From a virus (taxonomy: Duplodnaviria; Caudoviricetes), in IMG/VR virus record IMGVR_UViG_2713896764_000001, positions 29,669-93,668 of that record: a DNA stretch of 64,000 nucleotides; one strand, given 5' to 3'. Position numbers and translations under genes: made by a program. Position 1 is the stretch's first letter; every line of letters begins with the position of its first letter. Below the pieces are notes generated by a model. That model searched no databases. It was not told the origin of the DNA and was given only the letters and a program-made list of their open reading frames with translations. Of this stretch, positions 1-10,250 are shown one piece after another.

Positions 1-1152
1 TTTGCCGATACCAAGAATCAGCTTACCGCCAATCAAATAGCCGATTGTCGTCGCGACAGCCGAGATTGCGTCACGGTTCTCATACATGACCTTCATCAGC
101 TCGGTCATCTTCACGACCATCTGAGCAAGCCAAGTGCCGAACTCCTGCGCCCACTCCCTGAATGCTTTGGTTTCCAGAGCGGCATTAAGCTCTAAAACGG
201 AATGCGTTACGGCGTCATAGTAGGAAGGTAGGTTGCCCTCTTTGTCTCCGGAACCTTCACCAATCTCGCGCCCCAACAGCTTCAAGTTTGCGGCCAGCTT
301 CGACATTTGACCTGAATAGGTCTTCATCATCTTCTCAGCCGAACCACCAAAGGCCAGTTCAAACTCAGCAAGAAGACCTTTAATTGCAGGCAATGCCGCA
401 ACGGTGCCGGTTTCGATTTGCTTAACCAACTGACCGACTGACACACCCATTGAGCGAGCCATCAGCTTCATTGCCGCCGGAACCGATTCACCCAATTGCT
501 GACGCAACTCTTCCATCGAGATTACGCCTTTACCCGCCATTTGCTGGATAGCCACGGCTGCACGTTCAAGCTCCAGGTCAGAACCACCAAACGCCGCAAC
601 ACCGTCAACAAGCGCTTTAAGAGAGCCGTTTGTTGGGTCGATTCCGCCGGATTTGAACTTAACGAATGAGTTTCGAAGGGCATCAATTTTGAATGGCGCT
701 GATTTTGTCATTTCGAGAACGTAATTAACGTCCCGAACCGACTCTTTGACAACATCACCAGTGGTAGCCAGACCGCGCATTGTCAGTGTCAGACGTTCAA
801 TATCATCGGTTGCCCGTAAGATCGCGTCCTGCCACGTCCAAAATACATGCTGCAAAGAGGACATTGCCCCTTCAAGCATTCCCAGAACCATCACACCTTC
901 AAATGCACTTCGACCGACGCCATTGAAGCGACGTTCTAATTTGGCTAAGGCAGATGAGGTTCGGTTGACTGGTGCTTCCACCTTGACCATAGCATCAACT
1001 AGCTGCTGCATCTTAACGTCGATGCCGGACAAGGTGTGGTTAGTCTTTTTTGCGGTAGCGTCTAGCTTTTTAAGACGGTCTTTCAGATTTTTGAAAGCCT
1101 GTTGAGCACCGCGATCACTCGCGGTGAACTCGAAGTGTAGATTATCGCTCAC
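1..1152 (-). CDS. Tail tape measure protein, N-terminal part (runs off the window)
   Basis: Manual translation from GTG at 1152 (MSDNLHFEFTASDRGAQQAF...) includes the tape-measure motif AVAIQQMAGKGVISMEELRQQLGE; lies after the tail chaperones. Confidence 0.9.
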   Translation of the reverse strand, partial: MSDNLHFEFTASDRGAQQAFKNLKDRLKKLDATAKKTNHTLSGIDVKMQQLVDAMVKVEAPVNRTSSALAKLERRFNGVGRSAFEGVMVLGMLEGAMSSLQHVFWTWQDAILRATDDIERLTLTMRGLATTGDVVKESVRDVNYVLEMTKSAPFKIDALRNSFVKFKSGGIDPTNGSLKALVDGVAAFGGSDLELERAAVAIQQMAGKGVISMEELRQQLGESVPAAMKLMARSMGVSVGQLVKQIETGTVAALPAIKGLLAEFELAFGGSAEKMMKTYSGQMSKLAANLKLLGREIGEGSGDKEGNLPSYYDAVTHSVLELNAALETKAFREWAQEFGTWLAQMVVKMTELMKVMYENRDAISAVATTIGYLIGGKLILGIGK

Positions 1153-1468
1153 TTATCGCATTCCCTAGCAGTGATTTCAGCCTATCAATGGCATCTGCAT
1201 CAGGCTCGGCATCCTCTAATGAGCGTTTAATCTCAATTGGACTGGATAACTGCTCGGTAAGAGATTCCGCGAAGTCCTTGAGGTGTTCTTCACTGGTTTG
1301 CGAAGCCCGCAGAAGCCTTAGTTGGCTGATGTCCATTTCCGCTCTGTGGCGGTCTACGTTCCGGCTCATCATCCAAAAGGTTCGAATGGGAAGAGCCAGC
1401 ACTTCGCTATAGGAAAGGTTGTAGTGATGAATCAGGCGGGAAAAGTAGAAACCCAAGTCAATCGCCAC
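1142..1468 (-). CDS. Tail assembly chaperone, frameshifted (lambda T-like) portion
   Basis: Between chaperone and tape measure; in the -1 frame of the upstream ORF via GGGAAAG. Confidence 0.85.
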   Translation of the reverse strand: MAIDLGFYFSRLIHHYNLSYSEVLALPIRTFWMMSRNVDRHRAEMDISQLRLLRASQTSEEHLKDFAESLTEQLSSPIEIKRSLEDAEPDADAIDRLKSLLGNAISER

Positions 1469-1491
1469 AACCTCACCGCTCTCATTCCGAG

Positions 1492-1812
1492 TTATTCCTT
1501 TCCCTCGGATTGAGATTCGGCACCCTCTTGATTTTCAGCTTCCGCATCCTCGGAAACGAAATTCACTAGGGCAATGATCTGTTCGAAAGTCATGCTTTCC
1601 AGTTTTTCGCGGGTGATTGTCGGCACCACAGACAAGACAACTTGAATGTAGGTATCAAGCTGTTCTTGCATCGTTGCATTCTTCTTCTGCATCAGCTTTT
1701 GCATCGCCACAAATGCACCGAATGAAAGCGGGTTTACTTTATGCTTCACGCCGCCCAGCAGGACTTCTTTTGTTGCAGGGGCGATTTCGTCTAGATTCAA
1801 CAGCTTTGTCAT
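1492..1812 (-). CDS. Tail assembly chaperone (lambda G-like)
   Basis: 106 aa, follows tail tube gene, ends GAG GGA AAG GAA TAA. Confidence 0.85.
   Translation of the reverse strand: MTKLLNLDEIAPATKEVLLGGVKHKVNPLSFGAFVAMQKLMQKKNATMQEQLDTYIQVVLSVVPTITREKLESMTFEQIIALVNFVSEDAEAENQEGAESQSEGKE
1498..1504 (-). other. Programmed -1 ribosomal frameshift slippery site GGGAAAG
   Basis: Same heptamer as lambda G/GT, correctly phased (G GGA AAG); -1 frame is open into 1142-1468. Confidence 0.88.
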
Positions 1813-1850
1813 TCTCTCGTCTCCAAAAATAGGGGCATTTCAGCCCCTAG

Positions 1851-1868
1851 TAAGTCATAGGTGACTTA
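1851..1868. promoter_or_regulatory. 18-bp palindromic operator TAAGTCATAGGTGACTTA (one of ~20 dispersed copies)
   Basis: Identical copy at 8265-8282; consensus TAAGTMA-N4-TKACTTA. Confidence 0.75.
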
Positions 1869-2396
1869 TTTATCAGTTTTAGCAGTAGACTGTTTGACTA
1901 GCGCCTCTGCGGCACTGCCGCCAACAGTCATTAGATGGCCGGTTGAGTCTGGATAGGCAGTAAACTCAAGCTCGAATACACGCTCTTCGTTGTGCTTGTA
2001 GGCAAAGCTCATAGAGCCAGCCGTAGCAGCGCGAGGAATCGTTACCGAGTAGTCGTCTTTGTTGCGCGGAGTCAGCACAAGCGCCTGCGCCAGCTTCACT
2101 AGGTCAATACCCTCGCCAACCTTAACGGTCAGTGTCTTCTGACCCGAATCAATCGTTGAGCCAGGCATTACCGCAGTGATCTTCGCAATGTCCGTTTCCA
2201 CCATCGGCACTTTGACCTTGATGTTACGACCCATGATGCGCTCGGAAACGGTAGTCTCACCGAACTGGTCAACCTTCACTTCGTGAGTGTCAGTTGTAAC
2301 CTCAACCTCTACACCACCTTTGGTTAGACCAAGTGAAACATCACCGAATGTCACATCACATGCGCCCAATTTGATGTTTTCAACTCCTGATGACAT
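1866..2396 (-). CDS. Major tail tube protein
   Basis: LGLTKGGVEVEV...VDQFGET motif and synteny; start taken at MSSGV. Confidence 0.85.
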   Translation of the reverse strand: MSSGVENIKLGACDVTFGDVSLGLTKGGVEVEVTTDTHEVKVDQFGETTVSERIMGRNIKVKVPMVETDIAKITAVMPGSTIDSGQKTLTVKVGEGIDLVKLAQALVLTPRNKDDYSVTIPRAATAGSMSFAYKHNEERVFELEFTAYPDSTGHLMTVGGSAAEALVKQSTAKTDK

Positions 2397-2410
2397 AGCA
2401 ATTCCCTTTG

Positions 2411-2791
2411 TTAGAGTTTCACGCATGAAAATTCCATTACCATCACGAACTCATACCGCCCTATTTCGTCCTGACGGTGCGGTTCAGGATAGGTAATGGG
2501 TCTGACGTAGTTAAAATGCACATTCCCCGAGGTGACGTTCTCCGCACCTGCATACTCGAAAATCTGCTCGACTAAGCTCACGCCGTCAGCTATCGAGTCG
2601 GAATGCACCACAAGCCTCAGAACATCCTTGTAATAGCCTTTTAGCTCATGGTCGATTTTGAAGCCGCCGTATGGTACTGCGAGCAAAATGCCTGACACCA
2701 CATCGGACGGCATTTCATAGGCAAAAAGTGTTTCTCCAATTACACCTACGCCAATGTAATCGAGGTAATGCGCATAGCTTTCCAAAATCAT
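2411..2791 (-). CDS. Tail terminator / completion protein
   Basis: Size and position before tail tube; C-terminal QDEIGRYEFVM. Confidence 0.7.
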   Translation of the reverse strand: MILESYAHYLDYIGVGVIGETLFAYEMPSDVVSGILLAVPYGGFKIDHELKGYYKDVLRLVVHSDSIADGVSLVEQIFEYAGAENVTSGNVHFNYVRPITYPEPHRQDEIGRYEFVMVMEFSCVKL

Positions 2792-3234
2792 CGCCAGCGT
2801 CCCTTCAACCCTGCTTTGCTCAGGTCATTTCGTAGCTTGTCCATCCAGTGACGGCGTAACCACTCCCGAGAACGACCTACATAGCCAGAGCCAATTTTGA
2901 ACTGAGAGGCTGACTGCTTTTCGATAGAGCGAATGCCAAGTTTGTATCCGCCCTTGTTCATCGCCGGTGCGTATTTATCGACAGGTCGCTGAGTTTTGCT
3001 GTTAACAGCTCCCTCTCTAACCCCAATTCGCATGATCAGACCGTCCTTAGTCTTCTCAACCGCCCCTTCAATGGACTCTTCCAATGAACCTGTATCCCTT
3101 GGAACCATCGCAGCCATCATTCGTGCGCCATCTTCGGCAACCTTTCTCGCCGTCTGTAACGTCACTCGCTTAAAACCGTTCTCAGCGTTGGTAAGCCTCT
3201 GCCGCGCTTTGCTGGCGGAAAATGTCAAACCCAA
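2788..3234 (-). CDS. HK97 gp10-like neck protein
   Basis: VPRDTGSLEESI motif, basic protein, synteny. Confidence 0.75.
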   Translation of the reverse strand: MGLTFSASKARQRLTNAENGFKRVTLQTARKVAEDGARMMAAMVPRDTGSLEESIEGAVEKTKDGLIMRIGVREGAVNSKTQRPVDKYAPAMNKGGYKLGIRSIEKQSASQFKIGSGYVGRSREWLRRHWMDKLRNDLSKAGLKGRWR

Positions 3235-3563
3235 GGCTCTAGCTCCGCAGCAATGTGCCCCGCTCTCCCTCGCAAACCCAGCATGACTTCCAGTGAAACA
3301 ATCCGGAGTCTACGGCCCCGAAAGTCCACACGGTCGTCTAGCTCAATTTCCGTATCTTCGGGGAACAGAAGTCGAACATCGTGTTTTTGCTGTAACCCTC
3401 TTCCGTAGGACGTTTCCGTAAGCGTTCCCTTGGTTGAGGAAGTCGAGCGAATGTCACGAATGACCAGCACTTCACAGTCAAAGGCAGGTTCATGGTTTTG
3501 CTCGCCATAAAGCCCACGCATCCGGACTTCCGTTTTTTTAAAAACAGTGACCGTGGCCTTCAT
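3225..3563 (-). CDS. Head closure / head-tail adaptor
   Basis: 112 aa, beta-rich, synteny. Confidence 0.65.
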   Translation of the reverse strand: MKATVTVFKKTEVRMRGLYGEQNHEPAFDCEVLVIRDIRSTSSTKGTLTETSYGRGLQQKHDVRLLFPEDTEIELDDRVDFRGRRLRIVSLEVMLGLRGRAGHIAAELEPWV

Positions 3564-3565
3564 CG

Positions 3566-4360
3566 TTAACCTCGCCCAATTCGATATGAGCGAGTTGTGT
3601 ATTTGCCCAGCACTCGAAAGGCTCTTGCGCCCACGATTTCCTGAGCAGGTCGCCCTTGCTGATAAGTCAGCGAGGTTTCCCCTACACGCTCTGAAACAAG
3701 ACCGCTGCGCCTCGCCAAGTCAATGGGATCACCACCAAGCACATCGTCAGCCTCATAAATCACTGCAACGGCAATGTCTTCAAGGAAACGGGCTGGCAGA
3801 TCCATGTATTCACCTGCGCTTAGCCTGGTTAGGTCAATGCCTTTGTCGAACGATGGAAAGTCGGCAAAACAACCTGAGCGCTCATACACAACCGCTGGAT
3901 TAAATCGCATGGCGGAAATCCGGCGTGACGCCTCAATAATGGCTTTGCGCTTCTCACCTTGGCTTGCGCCAAGAAACTTGCTCACGTTCGGCACATCCAG
4001 CAGGTGAAGTTCTGCTTCGGCTACCGTAATCAGTGTCTCTTGAGGGACAAAAAGATCTGCACTGGCAATAATTGCATACCGGCGTTCCTGCTGAGCAACA
4101 TCGCCATCATCGTTCTCCATCGTTAGGTGAATGATGCGCAGCGCCTTACGCTGAAAGCCGTCGAGTCTATTTAGTTCGTCATCAATGACGATTTCCACAA
4201 ACTCATCGTCGCTGTAGACATCAATCGGCAGTTCGTCGGTCAACAACATGCCGTGATGATCCTGAACGCGGTATGACGCAGTGATTTTCCCGTCAAGGTT
4301 TGGAGCATCAAACCGAATCGTTACACTGCTGCCTGCGATATGAGTTGCCAGTTCAGACAT
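3566..4360 (-). CDS. Head-tail connector protein
   Basis: ITVAEAE and GLVSERVGETSLTY motifs; synteny. Confidence 0.65.
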   Translation of the reverse strand: MSELATHIAGSSVTIRFDAPNLDGKITASYRVQDHHGMLLTDELPIDVYSDDEFVEIVIDDELNRLDGFQRKALRIIHLTMENDDGDVAQQERRYAIIASADLFVPQETLITVAEAELHLLDVPNVSKFLGASQGEKRKAIIEASRRISAMRFNPAVVYERSGCFADFPSFDKGIDLTRLSAGEYMDLPARFLEDIAVAVIYEADDVLGGDPIDLARRSGLVSERVGETSLTYQQGRPAQEIVGARAFRVLGKYTTRSYRIGRG

Positions 4361-4361
4361 T

Positions 4362-4814
4362 TCATGCCTCCTGAGCGGCAAGAATTTCTTCGATCAGCTC
4401 TTCGATAGAGCGAGCTTTGATACCGAAGGTCTCTCCAACCTTACGAAGCCCTGCAATACCAGACTTGTCCGCAATTGCCTCTAGCTCATCGCGTGTAAAC
4501 GTTGGTAGTGCCTGTTTAGGCTGCTCAACCTTGGCTTTCTTGCCAATGCGCTTCTCAACCGGTTCGGCTGACTGAATTACCTTCTTCGCCTGATCGGCGT
4601 CAGTGGTGTTGTATCCACGCCACATCGTCTCGGCAGGATTCGGGTTTTGCCCCTCGTCAGTCTCAACTTCCATGATTGCGCCGAGGGTTTGAGCGTCACG
4701 ATAAGGGATCGGCTCAACAGTCTTGCCGTTCTCAAAATAGGCACCAACCATAACGCCGGTGAAGTTTGAGAATGTCTCTGACTTGATGATCACATGCACT
4801 TTCTTATTTTGCAT
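4362..4814 (-). CDS. Virion-associated hypothetical protein
   Basis: Good RBS, follows capsid gene. Confidence 0.55.
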   Translation of the reverse strand: MQNKKVHVIIKSETFSNFTGVMVGAYFENGKTVEPIPYRDAQTLGAIMEVETDEGQNPNPAETMWRGYNTTDADQAKKVIQSAEPVEKRIGKKAKVEQPKQALPTFTRDELEAIADKSGIAGLRKVGETFGIKARSIEELIEEILAAQEA

Positions 4815-4880
4815 ATCTACCCTCTTTGTAAATACGGGCGGCTCTTTCGAACCGCCCTGACAACTTCAAATCAACACAGA

Positions 4881-4898
4881 TAAGTCACGAGTGACTTA
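4881..4898. promoter_or_regulatory. Palindromic operator TAAGTCACGAGTGACTTA
   Basis: Near-perfect palindrome just downstream of the capsid gene. Confidence 0.75.
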
Positions 4899-4906
4899 TC
4901 TAGCAA

Positions 4907-5797
4907 TTAAAATTTTACGTTGTCGATACGAGCGATAGCGTAGTCGTGCTTGTTAGCCAGACCGCAATACCACTTAACGCGGGTGCGAACCGCATCTTTG
5001 TTTTGAACTGTGCCGATAGACTCAACAACGATACCAGCGTTGTCCCCGCCATACAGGCCAGTTACACCGTTTTCTTCGCTCAGGTGAAGAGCGTAGATTG
5101 GTGCTTTCTTAGTGCCCTCGCCGTCAGTAACAGGCAGGAAGTCGTTCACGATGATTGGCACACCGTTGTGGGTCAGCATAACTTTGCCGAACTGTGGCAG
5201 CATCACTTCTGATGGTTGCAGACCGCCTACTGTGCGCAGCAGTTGCAGGTAAGCGCGTTTGTGTTCAGAACGCATCATGATTGCGTCACAGCCCAGCGCG
5301 TTAACCGCATCAACCACTTCATCCAGCATTGACCAGTTCATTGCAGCGCCAGCCGCGTCGATGATCTGATCGCTTGCAGTCAAACGGCCAAGGCCATCGA
5401 AAGACTTGCTGTTAGAGGTTTCGTCACCAAGAACCAGAGCGCGCTTGAACGAACGAGCCAGACCTTTAACTTTCAGGCGAACTTGGGTCGCAAGCTGATC
5501 GCTAGTGTCAGACATAGTAGTTTGAATGAACTTGTCTACATCCACGTCACCCGCGATGATGCGTAGCTTCGCAACATGCTCGGAGAACTTAGCCGCGCCT
5601 TCTGGAACAGCGTCGTTTGGATCTAGGAAAGATGCTTCGCTTAGCTCTTTTTCGCGGTTGTAAAGGTAGGCTTTAGAGTTCACTTTCATGAACGGCAGAA
5701 CAGCGAATAGCTCTTCACGATCGATGATCGTTTCAATGATTCCCTGCTCAAGTTCGTTGTTTGATAGCTTTTTAGCTTCGTCGATTAATAGAGGCAT
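4907..5797 (-). CDS. Major capsid protein
   Basis: 296 aa; GDVDVDKFI, FDGL and RTRVKWYCGLA motifs; follows scaffold. Confidence 0.9.
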   Translation of the reverse strand: MPLLIDEAKKLSNNELEQGIIETIIDREELFAVLPFMKVNSKAYLYNREKELSEASFLDPNDAVPEGAAKFSEHVAKLRIIAGDVDVDKFIQTTMSDTSDQLATQVRLKVKGLARSFKRALVLGDETSNSKSFDGLGRLTASDQIIDAAGAAMNWSMLDEVVDAVNALGCDAIMMRSEHKRAYLQLLRTVGGLQPSEVMLPQFGKVMLTHNGVPIIVNDFLPVTDGEGTKKAPIYALHLSEENGVTGLYGGDNAGIVVESIGTVQNKDAVRTRVKWYCGLANKHDYAIARIDNVKF

Positions 5798-5844
5798 TAT
5801 CTATTCCTTTAGACAATCAAAGGGAGGCTCCTTGCCTCACCCAA

Positions 5845-6684
5845 CTACTTCATCAATTTGGCTAGACCCGAAGAGAGCTTTTGCTCAATGGTTTTTGCCT
5901 GCGATTCCTGACCAGGCTTAATACCGAAATCAGTCATCGAATTTGCCCCTGCCTTTTGGCTAGAGCGAAGAATATGATCGGCGTCTGTATCGGCTGCGAT
6001 GATTCGGCTAATTGCATCCTCGAAGCCAACAGGTTCGCCCTGTGCGTCAACAAGAGGTGCGCGATCTGCGCAACCGGCTGGCTTGTTGTAGCCAATCACC
6101 TGCCCCTGCTCGTTAACTTCGAAATGACTGCCGTAAAGCACTCGTGCCTTCGTCGCTGGAAGAACGGTTTTCTCGCGCAGGAATGAAGAATTGCTAAACG
6201 ACTGACCGACTGTTAGCTCGATGATTTGCTTATGTAGCGCTGCCTTTTCGTTATTGGCCTGCTCTACTTGGCCGCGAAGCCCTTGTAGTTCGGTTTCATG
6301 CTGCTCAACCATTTGCGATTTCAGAGCATCCCACTGGCCTTTCTCTTCAAGGCGGCGAGTCTCTTCTTCTTGCTCACGGGCTAAGCGCTCTTGTTCAACC
6401 GCAAGAAGTTGTTGCACTTTCTCAGGCGTTACGTCACCGAATGCCTTCAACTTCTCTTTCTTCTTCATTGCATCTTTCAACAGGGAAGCGTTCTCTTGTT
6501 CCAGTGTTGCTAGACGCGCTTTCATAGAATCAACATCTTCAACATCTTGCTGACCTTGTTGGTCTTGTTGACTCTGCTCTTCTTGGCCTTTGTCGGCTAC
6601 ACCAGCACCACCAGCTTCCTCGCCGTTGGTTGCTTCACTCATGTAACCGCCTTGCGCCATCAGCTTTCGTAGGTAAAACGGCAT
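5845..6684 (-). CDS. Capsid scaffolding protein
   Basis: Acidic coiled-coil protein between portal and capsid. Confidence 0.8.
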   Translation of the reverse strand: MPFYLRKLMAQGGYMSEATNGEEAGGAGVADKGQEEQSQQDQQGQQDVEDVDSMKARLATLEQENASLLKDAMKKKEKLKAFGDVTPEKVQQLLAVEQERLAREQEEETRRLEEKGQWDALKSQMVEQHETELQGLRGQVEQANNEKAALHKQIIELTVGQSFSNSSFLREKTVLPATKARVLYGSHFEVNEQGQVIGYNKPAGCADRAPLVDAQGEPVGFEDAISRIIAADTDADHILRSSQKAGANSMTDFGIKPGQESQAKTIEQKLSSGLAKLMK

Positions 6685-6707
6685 ATCAAAAATCCCTTTT
6701 TCGTTGA

Positions 6708-8249
6708 TTACTCGGTCTCTTGAGCATCAGTAGGTTCAGTCTCTCGAACCATTTGCGCTCGAGTATAAGTAAGCACTGACTTATTATCAATATCCATTTT
6801 AGAATTTTTAGGCGGAAAATCAGCTAATTCGGCAAAAATTTCAGCCTCTTTGTCCTTCGGCAGACGAGGGAATACTTTTTTCAGCACCATTGCCATTTGC
6901 TCACGACGAGCAGCATCAGGCGCTTCAAGGTTTTTCATCTGCTCTGCAACGGCAAATTCATCGGCTAGGCCACGAATATCAAAGCTCTCCGGATAGCTCA
7001 CATAGTCCACCATTTGAGAGTCACCTGACTTCCCGTGCCAGCGCTCAACGATAGCCGCCAGACGATGCTCTGCCTGCTCCAATGTGCTTGCCTTGTTTAC
7101 CAGCAGGGAGTTGACGCGCTGGAAATCAAAGGCTTTCGCTACGCCGGATGAGTTATCAATACCAACGGCGTTATCTTGCTTGGTTCGTTCTCCGGCCACA
7201 CCGATAGAGTGATAGATCTCGTTAATGATCTTCGAGATAGTGTCGATAATGATTTGTGCCTGCTTAGGATCTGGTGACATGAAGAACGGCTTCGCCCCAC
7301 CCTCACCGTTGAACGTGAATACCCGCTTGGTTCCCATATCCAAAACCTTTTGCAGATCATCATCACCTGGCAATAGCCCTTGGACCGGAATCGCAAGTTG
7401 CGAATAGGTTTGGTCTTGGATAATCGCGTCCAAGTTGGACAGGTAGTTCGCAACCGAGCGATCAAGATAAGCCACGTCATCAATCAGCCCCGTCGCTGCA
7501 TACTTGTTTTCCGATGAGTGGAAGCAATCGACTGGAAACACTGGAACAACGTTCAAATCGTGCGTCCCTGCACTCTCCAAGCCCAGTTTGACTTTCGCCC
7601 CTTTGTGCTTTTGTGGAAACTCGCGGAACAGATACCAGCCCTGCTTTGTCCACAGACGATAACGTAGGAACGTTTTGCCGGTTGATTCGAATGGATCGGC
7701 ATCATCACGACCGGTTTCTGCAATCAGACACCATGACAGATCGCCATTCTCGTCGTAGGCAAAATCAAGCATCTGCATTGGCGTAACGATATAGGCGTAA
7801 ACGCGGCTATCTGAGTTCTTCTCATCTGCCAGCGTTACAATGTCACTTGACTTGGTCGAGTCCACTACGACCCAAATACGACCGAATACAGACGATGAGA
7901 TATCAACGGTTCGCATAAAATCGTCAATATCCAGCTTGTCGCGGGTCGCACACTCCCAAAAGCGCTTAACCTCTTCGCTGGCGTCCTCGGCACGAGTAAC
8001 CGTTTCCTTGAAGATATACTTATGAACAAGGTTCACGACCTCTCGGGTGTGGTTGAACCGGTAGGCACGATCAATACGTTCCTTGTATTCCGCGTCGCCC
8101 TCTTTGTAGTAGCGGAAAATATTCTTCTTGAACCACTCACGACCGCCTTTGTAGGTGGACTCCAAAAACTGCCAGTGCTCAAGCATCGCCTCATAAAGTG
8201 GATGGCGACGACTAACCAGCTCCATGATTTTCTTGTCTGAAATTTCCAT
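6708..8249 (-). CDS. Portal protein
   Basis: 513 aa after TerL; N-terminal HPLY...YKGG and SGVAKAFDF motifs. Confidence 0.88.
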   Translation of the reverse strand: MEISDKKIMELVSRRHPLYEAMLEHWQFLESTYKGGREWFKKNIFRYYKEGDAEYKERIDRAYRFNHTREVVNLVHKYIFKETVTRAEDASEEVKRFWECATRDKLDIDDFMRTVDISSSVFGRIWVVVDSTKSSDIVTLADEKNSDSRVYAYIVTPMQMLDFAYDENGDLSWCLIAETGRDDADPFESTGKTFLRYRLWTKQGWYLFREFPQKHKGAKVKLGLESAGTHDLNVVPVFPVDCFHSSENKYAATGLIDDVAYLDRSVANYLSNLDAIIQDQTYSQLAIPVQGLLPGDDDLQKVLDMGTKRVFTFNGEGGAKPFFMSPDPKQAQIIIDTISKIINEIYHSIGVAGERTKQDNAVGIDNSSGVAKAFDFQRVNSLLVNKASTLEQAEHRLAAIVERWHGKSGDSQMVDYVSYPESFDIRGLADEFAVAEQMKNLEAPDAARREQMAMVLKKVFPRLPKDKEAEIFAELADFPPKNSKMDIDNKSVLTYTRAQMVRETEPTDAQETE

Positions 8250-8279
8250 TTTTCTTACTAATGCTAAGTCATAGGTGAC

Positions 8280-9533
8280 TTATCTTGAAACGCCAATAAT
8301 AGAGTGTTTCTTCACAGGGAAACGACGGTGAATTGGATAGCCCAAAGCATCCGTGATGTGCTCTACCCCTGCCGCCTTGTCGATATCGCGAGTGCCAGGC
8401 TTATAAAGCACTTGCTCAAACGACTCGATGGTTGTCCGGCAGCTCGGGTCAACATACAGTCGAACCGCGCCGTTTGCTGCGCGAAGCAGTCGGTTGACGG
8501 CATTCACACGGTCTGCAATCGCAGGGTGCTTTTTGGGATGGTCAATTCGCACGAACCCCTTTTCCCTGAAAATATCCAAGTCCGACTCACCGCGAGCATG
8601 TTGTCGGTGTGCGCCTGCAGGGTCGGGATAAACCGTAATCTGCTGCTTCCAGCGCCAAAACTTACGCTCCAATTCGTCACAAGCCTCTTCGGTGTTGGAC
8701 GAATGCAGAACGATTTCATCAACAACCCAAATTTCCCCATTTGGCTGAGGCTGTAAGACCACTGCACTCATCGGGTCGATGTTGAAGTCCTGTCCCACCC
8801 AGATTGGTAATTTAGGATTGAACGGGCATGGTTTAACGTGGGTTTCACGCTCAAACGGGTAATAAACCCGACCGGACATCGTCGTGAACGACGCCTCGTA
8901 TTCCTGCATGAATGACTTCGGATCTAGGTCAGCTCTCGCCGCCTCGATTTCGTCCTCTGGAACGAATGGGGACATTGCCGTTGTGTATTGCCAGCTTTCC
9001 CATTGGCCGCGACGAACCATTTCCGGATCTTGACCCATTTTCCAAAGGTCATAGAACGCTGAGAAACCTTTAGGTGTCCCGATGATCAATGCACCACCGC
9101 GTGTGGACGATAGCGTTGGGCGAATTACCTTAGTCCACGTCTCAGGCTTCATATCCTGAAACTCATCAAGAACGACGAAGTGCAAGGCCACACCACGGAG
9201 CGTATCGGGCTTATCCGCCCCCTTTAACGCAATCTCTGATCCGTTCTTTAGGATCATGGTCATGGTTGTGTCGTTGGTCTTTAGCACATACCGGTCATTG
9301 ATGGTCTGCTTTAGCTCATCCCACAGGATTTGCCTTGCCATCTGATAGGTCGGTGCGATATACCAAACCCGCTGTCTCCGCGCCTTCATCGCATACTTGG
9401 TGATCAGCGAGATGGACAGCATCGACTTGCCCCAACGACGACCGGCGCAAACCACCTTGAAACGGGCGCGAGATTTGAAGACCTTCATCTGCCCCGCATG
9501 AAGCTGAATGATATTGCCGACTGAAATACCCAT
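8280..9533 (-). CDS. terL: Terminase large subunit
   Basis: Walker A AGRRWGKS, Walker B VVLDE, GTP coupling motif, nuclease GQDFN and HITDALGY. Confidence 0.95.
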   Translation of the reverse strand: MGISVGNIIQLHAGQMKVFKSRARFKVVCAGRRWGKSMLSISLITKYAMKARRQRVWYIAPTYQMARQILWDELKQTINDRYVLKTNDTTMTMILKNGSEIALKGADKPDTLRGVALHFVVLDEFQDMKPETWTKVIRPTLSSTRGGALIIGTPKGFSAFYDLWKMGQDPEMVRRGQWESWQYTTAMSPFVPEDEIEAARADLDPKSFMQEYEASFTTMSGRVYYPFERETHVKPCPFNPKLPIWVGQDFNIDPMSAVVLQPQPNGEIWVVDEIVLHSSNTEEACDELERKFWRWKQQITVYPDPAGAHRQHARGESDLDIFREKGFVRIDHPKKHPAIADRVNAVNRLLRAANGAVRLYVDPSCRTTIESFEQVLYKPGTRDIDKAAGVEHITDALGYPIHRRFPVKKHSIIGVSR

Positions 9534-10168
9534 TAGGTAACAGCCTCCGACTCAGCCTCCTCTCGCTCAAGCTCTTCCCGCTCTGACGCAATTTCCTCGG
9601 CAAGTTCTGCTTCCAGCTCATCCAGGTCAACAATGTCTTCGGCATCGCCAGTTTGGGCCTTGCGAAGCTCAAGCACCTGTTCTTGAGTCAGCTCGGCGAA
9701 CATCAGCTCAGGCAATTCGTCGTCGCGAACGTCTCTGTCATCCATGCGAAGTGCCTTGTGGGAAACCTCATAGCACTTGGCTAAGGCAGCCGACGCTCGT
9801 TGCAGTGCCTTAATTGATTCTTCGGCTGAACCTATGCCTCCGTGCGATCTTGCACCTTCGGCAACTTCCTTCATCACAAGCGCGCCAAGGTTGTAAGCCC
9901 ACTTGTCGTATGACTCCTGACGAGAGGCGATCAAGTTTGCCCGTTCCACGGACTTGTCGATCATTTTCTCTTTCACAGCCTCTCTGACAGCATCCGCAGT
10001 GGCAGCGCTACCCTTCTCTACCCCACGAGCCTTAAATCGTCTTGAAAGCGTTTCTGGACGCATCCCCGACTTCTCTGACAGCGCCGCAAGCGTGTATTCG
10101 CCCGAAGCCCACATAACCTCAAGCTCAATCCATTCCGACGGCGTTAAAATCCTTTTCTTCTCCACCAT
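9533..10168 (-). CDS. terS: Terminase small subunit
   Basis: N-terminal HTH, abuts TerL; start taken at MVEKK. Confidence 0.75.
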   Translation of the reverse strand: MVEKKRILTPSEWIELEVMWASGEYTLAALSEKSGMRPETLSRRFKARGVEKGSAATADAVREAVKEKMIDKSVERANLIASRQESYDKWAYNLGALVMKEVAEGARSHGGIGSAEESIKALQRASAALAKCYEVSHKALRMDDRDVRDDELPELMFAELTQEQVLELRKAQTGDAEDIVDLDELEAELAEEIASEREELEREEAESEAVT

Positions 10169-10250
10169 AAGTAACCCATTACTTACCAAACGAGGCGATA
10201 TTATCAGCAAGGCGCGGTATTGTTAAGATTATGAGTAAGCCGCAGCTTAT

